DNA of 64,000 nt from positions 22,010,001-22,074,000 of the forward strand of contig OZ024761.1 in the NCBI GenBank assembly GCA_964016885.1, in the 5' to 3' direction. Positions 13,718 through 25,857 of this stretch are shown piece after piece. The notes under the pieces are model-generated. The model did no database searches. It was not told the DNA's origin and saw nothing but the letters and a program-made list of their open reading frames with translations. How positions within the stretch are numbered: position 1 is the stretch's first letter; the number at the start of each line of letters is the position of its first letter. Origin of the DNA: Eledone cirrhosa (taxonomy: Eukaryota). Both the position numbers and the translations under genes were made by a program.

Positions 13718-13857
13718 CCTTTTATTCCAAGGTATTTCAGGGATATAAAACCTTTTTCAAAAGTACAAAATGATCAGTAGTATCAGTGACTGACACATTC
13801 CATTTCCTTTGTTTTGAAAAAGGTATTATATCCCTGAAATATCCTAGAATATAAAGG
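13718..13857. repeat. Imperfect inverted repeat with hammerhead-like remnants in both arms
   Basis: atttcagggatataaaacctttttcaaaa pairs with ttttgaaaaaggtattatatccctgaaat. Each arm resembles TTGAAAA-agg..cct-GAAA. Confidence 0.65.
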
Positions 13858-14083
13858 AATAGTGTTAACAGTTGTTTGTCTTACTTTACTCTAGTTTTCT
13901 AACCTGTATTGTATGGGCTTTCTTAAAAAAATCCTGACTACATACCAACTATACTGATATACACAGTATTCACAATATTGCATTTAAACAATATATATAT
14001 ATGGTCTAACCCATGCTAGCGTGGAAGATGGACGTTAAACGATGATGAGGATTTATATATATATACACATTAGTACCAAGAAA

Positions 14084-14168
14084 GGTCCGACGAGCCATGG
14101 ATTACAGAGTCGGGCTAGATCGATACAGATTGAACCTTGAGCTGATCAGTGGTGAAACATGCTTCACC
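14084..14168 (+). ncRNA. Degenerate hammerhead motif (Penelope pseudo-LTR-like)
   Basis: ggt-CCGACGA-gcca...tggt-GAAA-catgct-TC-acc, followed by AATAAA. The core has a U4-to-C change. Confidence 0.5.
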
Positions 14169-14210
14169 AACCAATAAACATAATGAAGGAGTATCCACTC
14201 GTCCGTGTGT

Positions 14211-14257
<47 letters not shown>

Positions 14258-14297
14258 TTCAAAATATTAACAAAATAGATATTCTTGTGATCAAGTA

Positions 14298-14364
14298 TAT
14301 TTTATTATACATATTTCAGAGGTACTGAGTTAAGTTCAACAGTACGTCCTCATCAGATAAAATA
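14298..14364 (-). ncRNA. Type I hammerhead ribozyme
   Basis: Minus strand reads tattttat-CTGATGA-ggacgtactg(ttgaacttaact)cagtacctct-GAAA-tatgta-TA-ataaaata. 8-bp stem I, about 9-bp stem II, minimal stem III. Confidence 0.82.
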
Positions 14365-14633
14365 AGGACATATATATATATATATGTCCTAGCGCCCTGA
14401 CACAAAAATATTTAGTCACCTCATATTGCCTGTACAGGTAATCAAAGTGTGTATATATATATATACACATACATACACACATATAAAGAAATTAGTTTTC
14501 AAATATAAAAAATGGAAAGGTGTATATATATATTCCTACAAACACACACATACAATGTTCCATATAAACCAAACTGTCTTATTGGTTGAATTTTATTTTT
14601 TATTTTCTGTTTCTATTTTCTTACCATTTCTAG

Positions 14634-14816
14634 TAATTCTTGCTCCATATTGTCTGTGTGGTACCCTGACTGGCAATACATACCGGGATACAGAGCAGGC
14701 TTCTCGCTCCCTTTTGGATGAATGGAGTCGCTACTACCCAGGGGAAGTATTAGATACCAAAGATACATATAATGAGAATGTAAACAAACTACCGAGCGTA
14801 GTTGAGGTGATAATAG
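14634..14816 (+). CDS. MED13: MED13 coding exon
   Basis: tag|TA...G|gtaag. VILAPYCLCGTLTGNTYRDTEQASRSLLDEWSRYYP...VVEVII matches MED13 'VIL.PFGLNGTLTG...LI.EW..FYP...VEV'. Phase 1 to 1. Confidence 0.95.
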
Positions 14817-15029
14817 GTAAGATAAATTTTGTAATATTGTTGGTGTGACCGAGAAATAGTGACTGATAATCCTGTTGTTTCACTTGTTATTACACTTATA
14901 ATCATTGTCACCGGTTAATGTCTGTTTCCCCCGCACTAGGATTGGTTGGATGGGTCATCACCACTGACTTCTCTTATAGGGGATGGGAGCACATCTCGCA
15001 TATATTTCTGTAGTCAGCTACATAGACAA

Positions 15030-15470
15030 TAGAGTGTGTAGCTTGGAGATGAGAGAGCCACTACTTCTCCGAATTGAGGGATCACAGCCCTGATACTAAG
15101 GCCATGTGGTTAGATTGTCTCAGGAATGGATCACTGGACAGATTTGTAGCTTGGAGATGAGAGAGTCACTCCAGGTAGAGCCACTACTTCTCCGAATTGA
15201 GGGATCACAGCCCTGATACTAAGGCCATGTGGTTAGATTGTCTCAGGAAAGAATCACTGGACAGATTTTAAGTGCAAAACTGGCACGAGACCCAGTGTTA
15301 GACCCCAAGCAATATGGTTGGATAACATCCATGAGCTTGGTTGGTCGCAGTTGGAGGATCTAGCTGGATTAGATGGAGACAGTTGCTTCGGACAGGATCT
15401 GCTGTAAGGAGTGTCTGAGGACTCTGCCCCACTCACGACCCTCCCATGAATAAATGGGTGAAGAAGAAGC
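15030..15470 (+). mobile_element. Degenerate 3' end of an RTE-clade (Rex3/Expander-like) LINE with an internal duplication
   Basis: EMRESLQVEPLLLRIEGSQP*Y*GHVVRLSQER resembles 'VEPLLL.IERSQLRWFGH..RM'. WLDNIHELGW follows, then a gaagaagaag tail. Confidence 0.75.
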
Positions 15471-15870
15471 TACACAGGCTACAAATTTGTGATCTTGGCT
15501 GGGATCTGGCTAGTGGAAATTGAAAAAGTTTCTCCCGATGCTGAAGGACTTCTCGTGTTATGTTGAACAGCTACTATCGCATGTGGCTGTGTCCACCATG
15601 AGGGTTAAACCATCACCCTCTTTCAACAGAGAGGGGCAAGCAGTTTTTCTCTACCTAGTAGCTGTGGTCAATTTAATTGACTTTTCCCTCCCCCATTTTG
15701 TTTTTGTGTGTTGTGTGCTTAGTTTGCGCATGTGATACACTGTGTGTGTGTGTTTTTATTTATTTATGTGTTTATTTACTTGTCACTAGTTGGTTGTTTG
15801 TTCTATCCGTCTGATTTGTTTTATTAGTTTGGTTTTTGTGTGTCTCTGTATGTCTTCATTTTGTCCTTAA

Positions 15871-16090
15871 CCCTTTAGCATTTAAACCAGCTGTATCGAG
15901 CCAGAATTCTCTTACCTATATCTGTTCAAACCAGCTGTGACCAGCTGCTCATATAGACATTAAGGGATTATTCTCAAAATAAGTAATATCAAAATCTCAT
16001 AGATTCGATATTATGTGAGATATTATGTAAGATAAAGTCTTTACCACAAAAATACAATAGTAAATATAGAGTAATGTAAATACTAAAAGG
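15871..16090 (-). mobile_element. TTAA MITE copy
   Basis: ttaa|ccctttagcattt...aaatactaaaagg|ttaa. Internal sequence is the reverse complement of 49141-49350. Confidence 0.82.
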
Positions 16091-16174
16091 TTAATTACTA
16101 CTTGTGATGTTGTTGCTATTCCACTCGTGTTTTCTGTTTAATTTTGGTTACAGCTTGTTTATGTTTGTTGCTTA

Positions 16175-16211
<37 letters not shown>

Positions 16212-17336
16212 ACGTCTGTGTGCTCGTGTGTGTATTCAAGGGCAGACAACTATCATCGCTGTTAACATGTTATTGCTATCAATCTATAAGATGACAGCTC
16301 ATCACTGCAACTCGTCTCTCTTCTACTATTGTTTTCAATACACCAATGTCTGGTCTGGTCACCATCTCTCTCTCTCAACACAAATATCTGTGTCTAGTCT
16401 GGTCTCTCACTCACCCATTCTCTCTCTCTCTCTCTCCACACAAATATAAGCATGTGTCTGGTCAGATCTCCCCCTCCACATATATATATATATACTATAT
16501 GTCTGGTCGGATCTCTCTCTCCCCATCTACACACACACATACAAGTGTGTATGTTCCATGACAACTGATCCATCCACTTCCCTACCACCTGCCATGAGAT
16601 CATTGTATGTACCACCAACACCAGGACACGGGGGGGGGGGAGACCCCCCTCCTCTATATTTTCATAATATTTCCTCATTCCTTCTCTTCCATCTATCATC
16701 TCTCTTTTTCTCTACTGAGGTAGGGACACACACAGTCACACACACACAGTCACATACACACACACAGTCACAGTGACACACACACACGCACAGTCACACA
16801 CACACACACAGTCAGTCACACACACACACGCACAGTCACAGTCACACACACACAGTCACACACACACACACACACACACGCATACACAAGATCATATACA
16901 CACCACACACACATTCATATATACACTCATATACTCACACACACACACATACACACGCAAACACACATCCACAGATGCCCACATACACACACAGACATAC
17001 ATACCTTCTCTCTATTTTGTCATTTCTTCTCACTCATCCCCCCCCTCTCTCTCACCAGCGTCTGTCTGTCTGCCTGTCTGCCTGCCTGGTCTCTAGCTGC
17101 TGCTGTTGCTGCTGCATGTGCTGCTGTTGTTGCTGCTGCATGTGCTGCTGGTGCAGCTATTGAACCAGCCTCTCTCACAAATCAATACCATTGCCTCTCT
17201 CAGTTTATCTGGAGATGTCTGTTGTCAGACTTACAAATAAAGGCATATGTAAACAAGTGCATGCCTGCTGCTCCCCCACACATGCACGTGCACTCTACCG
17301 CTCGTTCACATACCGTTCACATACAGTTGTGTGTTG

Positions 17337-17389
<53 letters not shown>

Positions 17390-18190
17390 CACTCAGTCAC
17401 ATACCATACAGCCAACTCATACATGATATAGGCACACACACTTAGTCACACACACATACACAGTCTGTCAGTCACACACACACACATACACACACACACA
17501 TACACATACACACTCTGTCAGCCACACACACACACATACACACTCTGTCAGCCACACATACACAGTCTGTCAGTCTCCCACACACGCTCTGCCCCCCCCC
17601 CCCTATCCTCCCCACAAAGGTGGGCAGTAAGGGAGATAAGGTTATTGTTCCAGATATTAACCGACTGCAGCCTTGAATACAGTCAATGGCAAAGTGGCTC
17701 ATACACCCCCCCCCCCACTCATACACTGCCCACACACACACACTGCCCCCCCCCCCCTCATACACTTCCCCCACACACACTGCCCCCCTCCACACTCATA
17801 CACTGCCCACACACACTCATACACTGCTCACACACACACACACTCATACACTGTTCACAGACACACACACACACTCATACACTGCTCACACACACACCCT
17901 GCACTCTTACACACACACACAACTCCCTATTGTGACTCCCTCTGCATTGCTCATCTCCCTTTTTTCACGGTGACACAACACCACCACCGCCACCACCACC
18001 CTCACCACCACCACTACCACCACCACCACCACCACCACCACCAATTAAGTAAACCCCCTCCCCTGTCTCTATCCCAATATTTCAACTAATTACTTCATTG
18101 TTAAAGTAAGATCTATTAAGTCAGGAATATATAACATTGTTTACTGCTCGCTTCTCTTCTCTTCACTCTACTCATATATATATGTATGTA

Positions 18191-18232
<42 letters not shown>

Positions 18233-18306
18233 ATGTATGTATATATATATGTGTGTGTGTGTATGTATGTATATATATATATGTGTGTGTATGTGTGTGT
18301 GTATAT

Positions 18307-18359
<53 letters not shown>

Positions 18360-18430
18360 ATGTGTATGTATGTATATATAAATATGTGTGTGTGTATATA
18401 TATATAAATGTAAGTATGCAAGTATGTCTG

Positions 18431-18461
<31 letters not shown>

Positions 18462-19020
18462 TTGTACCTCTGCCCCTCCACCTGACTTATTTGATGATAT
18501 GGTTGCTAAGCAGGGCATCACCCCTTCTCCTTCCCCTCTGTCATTTGATGATATGGTTGCTAAGCAGATCATCTCCCCCCTCCCTCCTCTGTATCATTTG
18601 ATGACATGGTTGCTAAGCAGAACATCCCCCCCTCCTCTCTCTCAACTTCACACAAACATATGATTGAGTACTTGTGTGTAAATGTTTTGTAATATGTAAA
18701 CATTGATGTGTGTCTGTGTCCCCGTCCGTATGACCCCCAGTTTTTAGAATAGGTACCCCTGTTTCCTTGAATGTCATAAGAGGTGATTTAGAGGATTTGT
18801 GTTAGGAAGGGTATCCCACTCTGAAACATTGTCCTGAAAACATCCTGTCCAACCCATGCCAGACTGGAGAAGTGGACATAAAAATGATGATGATGATGAT
18901 ATATGGTGAAGGATGGGCTCTACCAGCTTGAAAACACCAAACACGTCACAACGGTGACCCTAAGATTCCATAATGTGTTAGGGACCAACTACTGTTGTGG
19001 TCTTTTGAATTGGGATGCAC

Positions 19021-19352
19021 ATCATCATCATTTTACGTCTGCTTTTCCCTGCTTGCAAGGGTGGGACGGGAACTGATTCTGGCTTGATTACAACAGCTGG
19101 ATGCTCTTCCTAACACCAACCTCATTTACAGTGAGTGCTGGCTGCTTTTTTGCCATGGCACCTACACGACCACTTTGCAGTGGAATGATAGGGACCCCAG
19201 TCCCTATCATCTCATTTCTACAGCTGAGTAAACTGGAGCAATGTGAAATAAAGTGTCTTGCTCAAGGAAACAACACATCACCCGGTCTGAGAATTGAACT
19301 CAATCTTTCGATTGCAAGGCCAATGCTCTAACCACTAAGCCATGTGCCTCCA
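19021..19352 (-). mobile_element. SINE family A copy; its head is tandemly re-duplicated to about 19418
   Basis: Reverse complement of 25858-26197. Confidence 0.88.
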
Positions 19353-19506
19353 TTGCAAGGCCAATGCTCTAACCACTAAGCCATGTGCCTCCATTGCAAG
19401 GCCAATGCTCTAACCACTATTTGCACATATTTGAAATATTTATATAATGTGTGTGTGTGTATATTTTCAAAGTAGGACAAAAACAATAGCAATCACTACG
19501 GTTTTG

Positions 19507-19544
<38 letters not shown>

Positions 19545-20185
19545 TCTGTGTGTATGTGCCTATGTGTCTGTGTCTCTGTGTGTGTTTTAAAGCAGTTCTT
19601 CTTTTTCTTTGTTTATTTGTATGTGTTAAGAATTAGACATTTCTTTCACCCCCTTGTTCCCATTTTAATAGTTTAACTTTTAACTTCTTGCAAGAATTTG
19701 ACAGAAAATATCTAAAAGTTGGTTTGTTAAGTCAAAGGTTTTTCACAGTAAAGTCTTTACCTCACATAAATATCTCACATAATATCGAATCTATGAGATT
19801 TTGATATTATTTATTTTGAGAACATCAGTATGAATGGCCAGTTACGGTCAGTTTGAACCGAAAGAGGTGAGAGAATTGTGGCCGAATATGGCCAGTTAAA
19901 ATGCTAAAGTGTTTATATAAGCCAACATTTATGAGTTTCTACACAGGTGATCATAGAACCATCAACCTAGATTTACCTGGGAATAGATTGGTTTAGGTTT
20001 ACAGGAATTTACTGACAATAAATATCTAGTTTTTACATAATTTTCTAATGAAAGACACAGGTAGTCTTTCATTAGAAATATTACAAAAAAGGTTAAAAGG
20101 TTTTATATAATTTTCTGTAGAAAAAACTGTTTTTGTTTGAACACTGGTTTAACCGACATTTTGTGTTTTTATTCTGTTTTCGCAG

Positions 20186-20531
20186 CTGGAGTGCACATGC
20201 GATATCCGTCAGCATTTATCTTTACTTGTGAAGAAGAGCCGACTTTAACAGTTCCAGCATCAACACTAACTGCTGCACCGGTTCCACCTATACAACGGCC
20301 ATCATGTCCACACCCTGTCATTCCAAATGGTCCCCTCACCCCACCAACATCACCTGGCGAGCCTCAACTGCCCCCAGGAGGGGGTCTCAAGCTGTGTCCA
20401 TCATTACCATATGCTACGGGACCTGTAGAACCCAGCTTAGGGCCCTTGGACCAAACTGCTGACTCTGTAGCTCTCAGGATCCTGGAGAAAGTTGCTCAAG
20501 ACACTGTTACAATGGCAGGAATAAGTAAAAG
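20186..20531 (+). CDS. MED13: MED13 coding exon containing the LTPPTSP phosphodegron
   Basis: cgcag|CT...AG|gtaaag. AGVHMRYPSAF matches MED13 'GVRM.YP..F', and GPLTPPTSP is present. Phase 1 to 2. Confidence 0.93.
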
Positions 20532-20541
20532 GTAAAGTACT

Positions 20542-20943
20542 CCCAGTACACTCTGTAAAGTGGCAGTGCTGGTGTCATGATACAATACACCCAGTACACT
20601 CTGTAAAGTGGCAGTGTTGGTGTCATGATACAATACACCCAGTACACTCTGTAAAGTGGCAGTGATGGTGTCATGATACAATACACCCAGTACACTCTGT
20701 AAAGTGGTAGTGTTGATGTCATGATACAATACACCCAGTACACTCTGTAATGTGGCAGTGTTGGTGTCATGATATAATACACCCAGTACACTCTGTAAAG
20801 TGGTAGTGCTGGTGTCATGATATAATACACCCAGTACACTCTGTAAAGTGGTAGTGTTGGTGTCATGATATAATACACCCAGTACACTCTGTAAAGTGGT
20901 AGTGTTGGTGTCATGATATAATACACCCAGTGCACCCTGTAAA
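20542..20943. repeat. 48-bp minisatellite starting about 10 nt after a MED13 donor site
   Basis: Unit cccagtacactctgtaaagtggcagtgttggtgtcatgatacaataca. Confidence 0.92.
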
Positions 20944-21215
20944 TGCTAACTGTGTTAACAATAGCCCATTCACCTCTTGCTAGCAAGGAAAGCAAATGTT
21001 ACATGATGATATCACTAGAAAAGGTATAACCTGACATGACTGGGCATGAACTCAAAGTGTAGAAATAAAATACTTTTGGACATTTTGTCTGACTCTTTAC
21101 TGGTTCTCTCAGTTCCCTCTTCTGGTGAACCACGACAAGAAAAAGATAGCAATTCTGCTAGAGACCCCGCTGTTATGATTATCTTTAACATATATCATGT
21201 TCTTGTTTTTACCAG

Positions 21216-21299
21216 GAACCCTGATTTAACGTCAGAGGATATGTTGCTGATCTGGGATTTTGGGGATCCAACCTCAAAAGCTTCCTGTAACTGTATCAG
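21216..21299 (+). CDS. MED13: MED13 coding exon (84 nt, symmetric phase 2-2)
   Basis: accag|G...AG|gtaaat. NPDLTSEDMLLIWDFGDPTSKASCNCI resembles the MED13/13L 'WDF.DPT...C.C' motif. Confidence 0.85.
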
Positions 21300-21330
21300 G
21301 TAAATTAAACACAACAAACTATATCTTTAA

Positions 21331-21895
21331 CCCTTTAACATTTACATTACTCTATATATACTATTGTATTTTCACAGTAAAGGCTTTACCTCACATAATA
21401 TCTCACATAACATTTACATTACTCTATATATACTATTGTATTTTCACAGTAAAGGCTTTACCTCACATAATATCTCACATAACATTTACATTACTCTATA
21501 TATACTATTGTATTTACACAGTAAAGGCTTTACCTCACATAACATTTACATTACTCTATATATACTATTGTATTTACACAGTAAAGGCTTTACCTCACAT
21601 AACATTTACATTACTCTATATATACTATTGTATTTTTGTGGTAAAGGCTTTACCTCACATAATATCTCACATAACATTTACATTACTCTATATATACTAT
21701 TCTATTTCCACAGTAAAGGGTTTACCTCACATTTACATTACTCTATATTTACTATAGATTATATTTTCATGGTAAAGTCTTCACCTCACATAATTAATCT
21801 CACATAATATCGAATCTATAAGATTTTGATGTTATTTATTTTGAGAACAGCACCACATATGAGTGGCCAGTTACAGTCGGTTTAAACAGAATGAG
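21331..21895 (+). mobile_element. TTAA MITE with internal 72/60-bp tandem expansion
   Basis: Starts ttaa|ccctttaacattt. About 6 repeats of the 5' segment precede the MITE body. Confidence 0.8.
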
Positions 21896-22630
21896 GTTGT
21901 GTAAAGTGGTAGTGTTTGTGTCTTGATAAAATACACCCAGTACATTCTGTAAAGTGGTAGAGTTAGTGCATGATAAAATACATCCAGTATACTCTAAAGT
22001 GGTAGTGCTGATGTCATGATATAATATTCCCAGTACACTCTGTAAAGTTGTTACTGTTGTGAAGGGCATCCAACTGTTGAAGCCTTGCCAGTATGAGCAA
22101 GATGTGTTCATCTGTCCTGTTTAGTCTCAGAATATGATGAGCTGTCCAACCTATGCCAACATAGAAAATAGATATAAAAACATTGATGATGATGATAATG
22201 ATGATAATGATGAACTTTTTAAAACTAATATTCATCAAAGAACGAAAGAATGATAGAAAAAATGTTACTGTCTTCTATTTATAAATTTCTGTGATTCTGT
22301 CACATGTAAAGAGAGAGGAGTAGTTTGACTACCTCATATTACTCCCATCTCTTTACATCTGTTGGCTGCGTGAATGTAAGTGTTAAAGGAAGGAAGTGGA
22401 TGGTGCAAAAATTATAGCAAAATAGTGGCTGGCATTCCATTTGTGATGCTGTGTATGTGTGTATGTATATGTGTTAGTGTGAATGTATGTCTGTGAGTGT
22501 ATTTTTGCAAGTGTGCCTCTGTTGCACATTTATATTTATACTCATACATATCAAAGCTATATATTGAGTTAGAAATTCAAAATAGTCTGTTTCAATTAAA
22601 TAGCTCAAGGAAAGAGATTTTTCCGAGCCG

Positions 22631-22980
22631 TGTAATATAATTGAATATAAAAGAGAGATAAACATAGATATAAACATACATGTGTTTAAATCGTAAGGGA
22701 CCAGATTCGGTAGGGTGAAAAAAATGCTAACTATGAACAATAGGGTTTGCCTGACTCAATTTAATATAATAAATCAAGAAAAGAAATACAAACTGATATT
22801 GGGGCAACTGCCAGACACCCAGACAGCTTTTGGTATGGCTGTTTCGCAATATTAGCGAAGGGAATTATCAATTCTTTGCTCATCAGTGGGTGTAAAAATT
22901 AGTAAACTGGTCCCTTACGATTTGAACACATATATGTATATATCTGAGTTTATCTCTCTTTTATATTCAATTATATTACA
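22631..22980. mobile_element. 350-bp element with 74-bp terminal inverted repeats enclosing a hammerhead
   Basis: Arms 22631-22704 and 22907-22980 are reverse complements with 5 mismatches. Confidence 0.75.
22815..22893 (-). ncRNA. Type I hammerhead ribozyme, fully canonical
   Basis: Minus strand reads acaccca-CTGATGA-gcaa...ttgc-GAAA-cagc(cataccaaaa)gctg-TC-tgggtgt. 7-bp stem I, 4-bp stem II, 5-bp stem III and a GUC triplet. Predicted cleavage between plus positions 22822 and 22821. Confidence 0.9.
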
Positions 22981-23127
22981 TATAAATGTATGCACATATA
23001 CACATATACCTACATGTCAGCGTAATCTAAGTAGTAATAATTACACAAAGTAATTATTACTGTTGCATGGCAAAGAGGAAATATTTTTTCTGTGAGAGTT
23101 TACTGAGTTTTTCTTTTCTCATTGTAG

Positions 23128-23992
23128 ACACAGAAATTCCAAGTCAAAGTCGATGGCCCAGAACACGACAAAGAACCTACTCCAATATGGTGGTAGTAAA
23201 CATGTGAAGGGGGAGAAATCAGAAAAAGTTGATAGGCAGCAACAGTCACGACATGGACGGAACGTTACTCCATTTCATAGACGTTCTCTACAGCACGATG
23301 ATCTCTTTCACTTGGAGTTGGATATGATTCCTCCAATGCCCTTAAACCCTGCATTTCGCCCTCCCCCAAACTCCTCTTCCTCCTCCTCCAACAACAACAA
23401 CAATAACACTACAGCTGGTGGTGGCGGCGGTGGAGTAGGTGGTGGTGGTGGTGGCAATGGCGGTGTGACGCCTGGTCTACCCCCACAGCTCCACAACACT
23501 GTCGAACCCTGTGGCGGGAGTGGCGGAGTGGATTCACCCTCCACGCCAGCGCCCTCGCCGTTAGATTCTGAAACGCGCAACCAGCCCCTGGGCAATCAGA
23601 ACATGGACCCAGCCATGCCAACGCTGAGTCCACACCCTCCTCCACAGAAATCTGGCTTGGATAAGGACCTCGGAGTTAGCGGAAGTGTTGGTTCCAGTAG
23701 TGGAAATGGCATGGGTGCCGCTGGTGGTGGAAATGGAGGAAGCAACAACAACAGTAATAACAGCACCAACAACAACAACAATGGTGGTGTGGGTAATAAT
23801 AATAGTGTGTCAGTGAGCGGTGGTGGTGGTGGTGGTAACACGGGGAGCAGCAGCAAGCCAGCATCTGTCGGTGATTCTCAGGGGGTTATGTTGTACAATG
23901 GTAATGATTTGTATATGAAATCTGAGGAACCAAGCCCGAAAATGGAGACAGCTCCCTCACCAGCCAACCTGCAGATGCAGCATCACCATCAA

Positions 23993-24024
<32 letters not shown>

Positions 24025-24363
24025 ACAACAACAACAGCAGCAGCACCAACAACAACAACAGCAGCAGCAGCAGCAACAACAGCAACAGCACCAGCAACAA
24101 CAACAACACCAGCAGCAGCAGCAACAACATCAACAACAACAGCTGCAACAACAAACGCAGCAGATACATCCACAGCAACAACTTCAGCAGCAGCAACAGC
24201 ATGATTTCAAAATGGATACAGACAATAACAGCTGGCTACGGTCACAACACCGGCATATGGAATCTAAACTTCTAAAGCGTCCACTTCTGCCAACAAATGA
24301 AATCGAAGATGAGCAAATACTAGTCACAGAGTCTTTATATGATTTTCAAAGTTTAAATTCTTG
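23128..24363 (+). CDS. MED13: MED13 large exon, low-complexity disordered region with poly-S/N/G and poly-Q/H tracts
   Basis: tgtag|A...TG|gtgagt; 1236 nt open. Contains PFHRR and MPTLSPHPP, which resemble MED13 motifs. Phase 2 to 2 fits both neighbouring exons. Confidence 0.9.
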
Positions 24364-24399
24364 GTGAGTAGCCTTCTCATTTTCTATCTAAAACCTTTG

Positions 24400-24408
24400 C
24401 CTAGGTTT

Positions 24409-24443
<35 letters not shown>

Positions 24444-24601
24444 CATGTTTAGGTTTGGTTTCTATATATATATATATATCATATTTAGGTTTGGTATCCC
24501 AAAGTATAACAATATATATATATATATATATATATACACCATGTTTAGGTTTGGTTTCTATATATATATATATCATATTTAGGTTTGGTATCCCAAAGTA
24601 T

Positions 24602-24653
<52 letters not shown>

Positions 24654-24811
24654 CATGTTTAGGTTTGGTTTCTATATATATATATATATCATATTTAGGT
24701 TTGGTATCCCAAAGTATAACAATATATATATATATATATATATACACCATGTTTAGGTTTGGTTTCTATATATATATATATATCATATTTAGGTTTGGTA
24801 TCCCAAAGTAT

Positions 24812-24865
<54 letters not shown>

Positions 24866-24881
24866 CATGTTTAGGTTTGGT

Positions 24882-24919
<38 letters not shown>

Positions 24920-24981
24920 CATGTTTAGGTTTGGTTTCTATATATATATATATCATATTTAGGTTTGGTATCCCAAAGTAT

Positions 24982-25035
<54 letters not shown>

Positions 25036-25103
25036 CATGTTTAGGTTTGGTTTCTATATATATATATATATATATCATATTTAGGTTTGGTATCCCAAAG
25101 TAT

Positions 25104-25159
<56 letters not shown>

Positions 25160-25221
25160 CATGTTTAGGTTTGGTTTCTATATATATATATATCATATTT
25201 AGGTTTGGTATCCCAAAGTAT

Positions 25222-25267
<46 letters not shown>

Positions 25268-25329
25268 CATGTTTAGGTTTGGCTTCTATATATATATATA
25301 TCATATTTAGGTTTGGTATCCCAAAGTAT

Positions 25330-25387
<58 letters not shown>

Positions 25388-25455
25388 CATGTTTAGGTTT
25401 GGTTTCTATATATATATATATATATATCATATTTAGGTTTGGTATCCCAAAGTAT

Positions 25456-25509
<54 letters not shown>

Positions 25510-25571
25510 CATGTTTAGGTTTGGTTTCTATATATATATATATCATATTTAGGTTTGGTATCCCAAAGTAT

Positions 25572-25629
<58 letters not shown>

Positions 25630-25697
25630 CATGTTTAGGTTTGGTTTCTATATATATATATATATATATCATATTTAGGTTTGGTATCCCAAAGTAT

Positions 25698-25749
<52 letters not shown>

Positions 25750-25855
25750 CATGTTTAGGTTTGGTTTCTATATTTATATATATATATATCATATTTAGGT
25801 TTGGTATATATATATATATACCATGTTTAGGTTTGGTTTCTATATATATGTATAT
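24400..25855. repeat. Composite satellite: fixed blocks separated by variable (TA)n
   Basis: Unit caccatgtttaggtttggtttc(ta)n-tcatatttaggtttggtatcccaaagtataacaa(ta)n. Confidence 0.92.
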
Positions 25856-25857
25856 AA

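Noticed and set aside
21113-21215. Upstream acceptor extending the 84-nt exon, as in ORF 21046-21303
   Set aside because: The AG at 21111-21112 gives the wrong phase for the phase-2 donor at 20531 and leads to an early stop.
24400-25855. CRISPR-like look (constant blocks with variable spacers)
   Set aside because: The spacers are only (TA)n of varying length, the context is a eukaryotic intron, and there are no cas genes.
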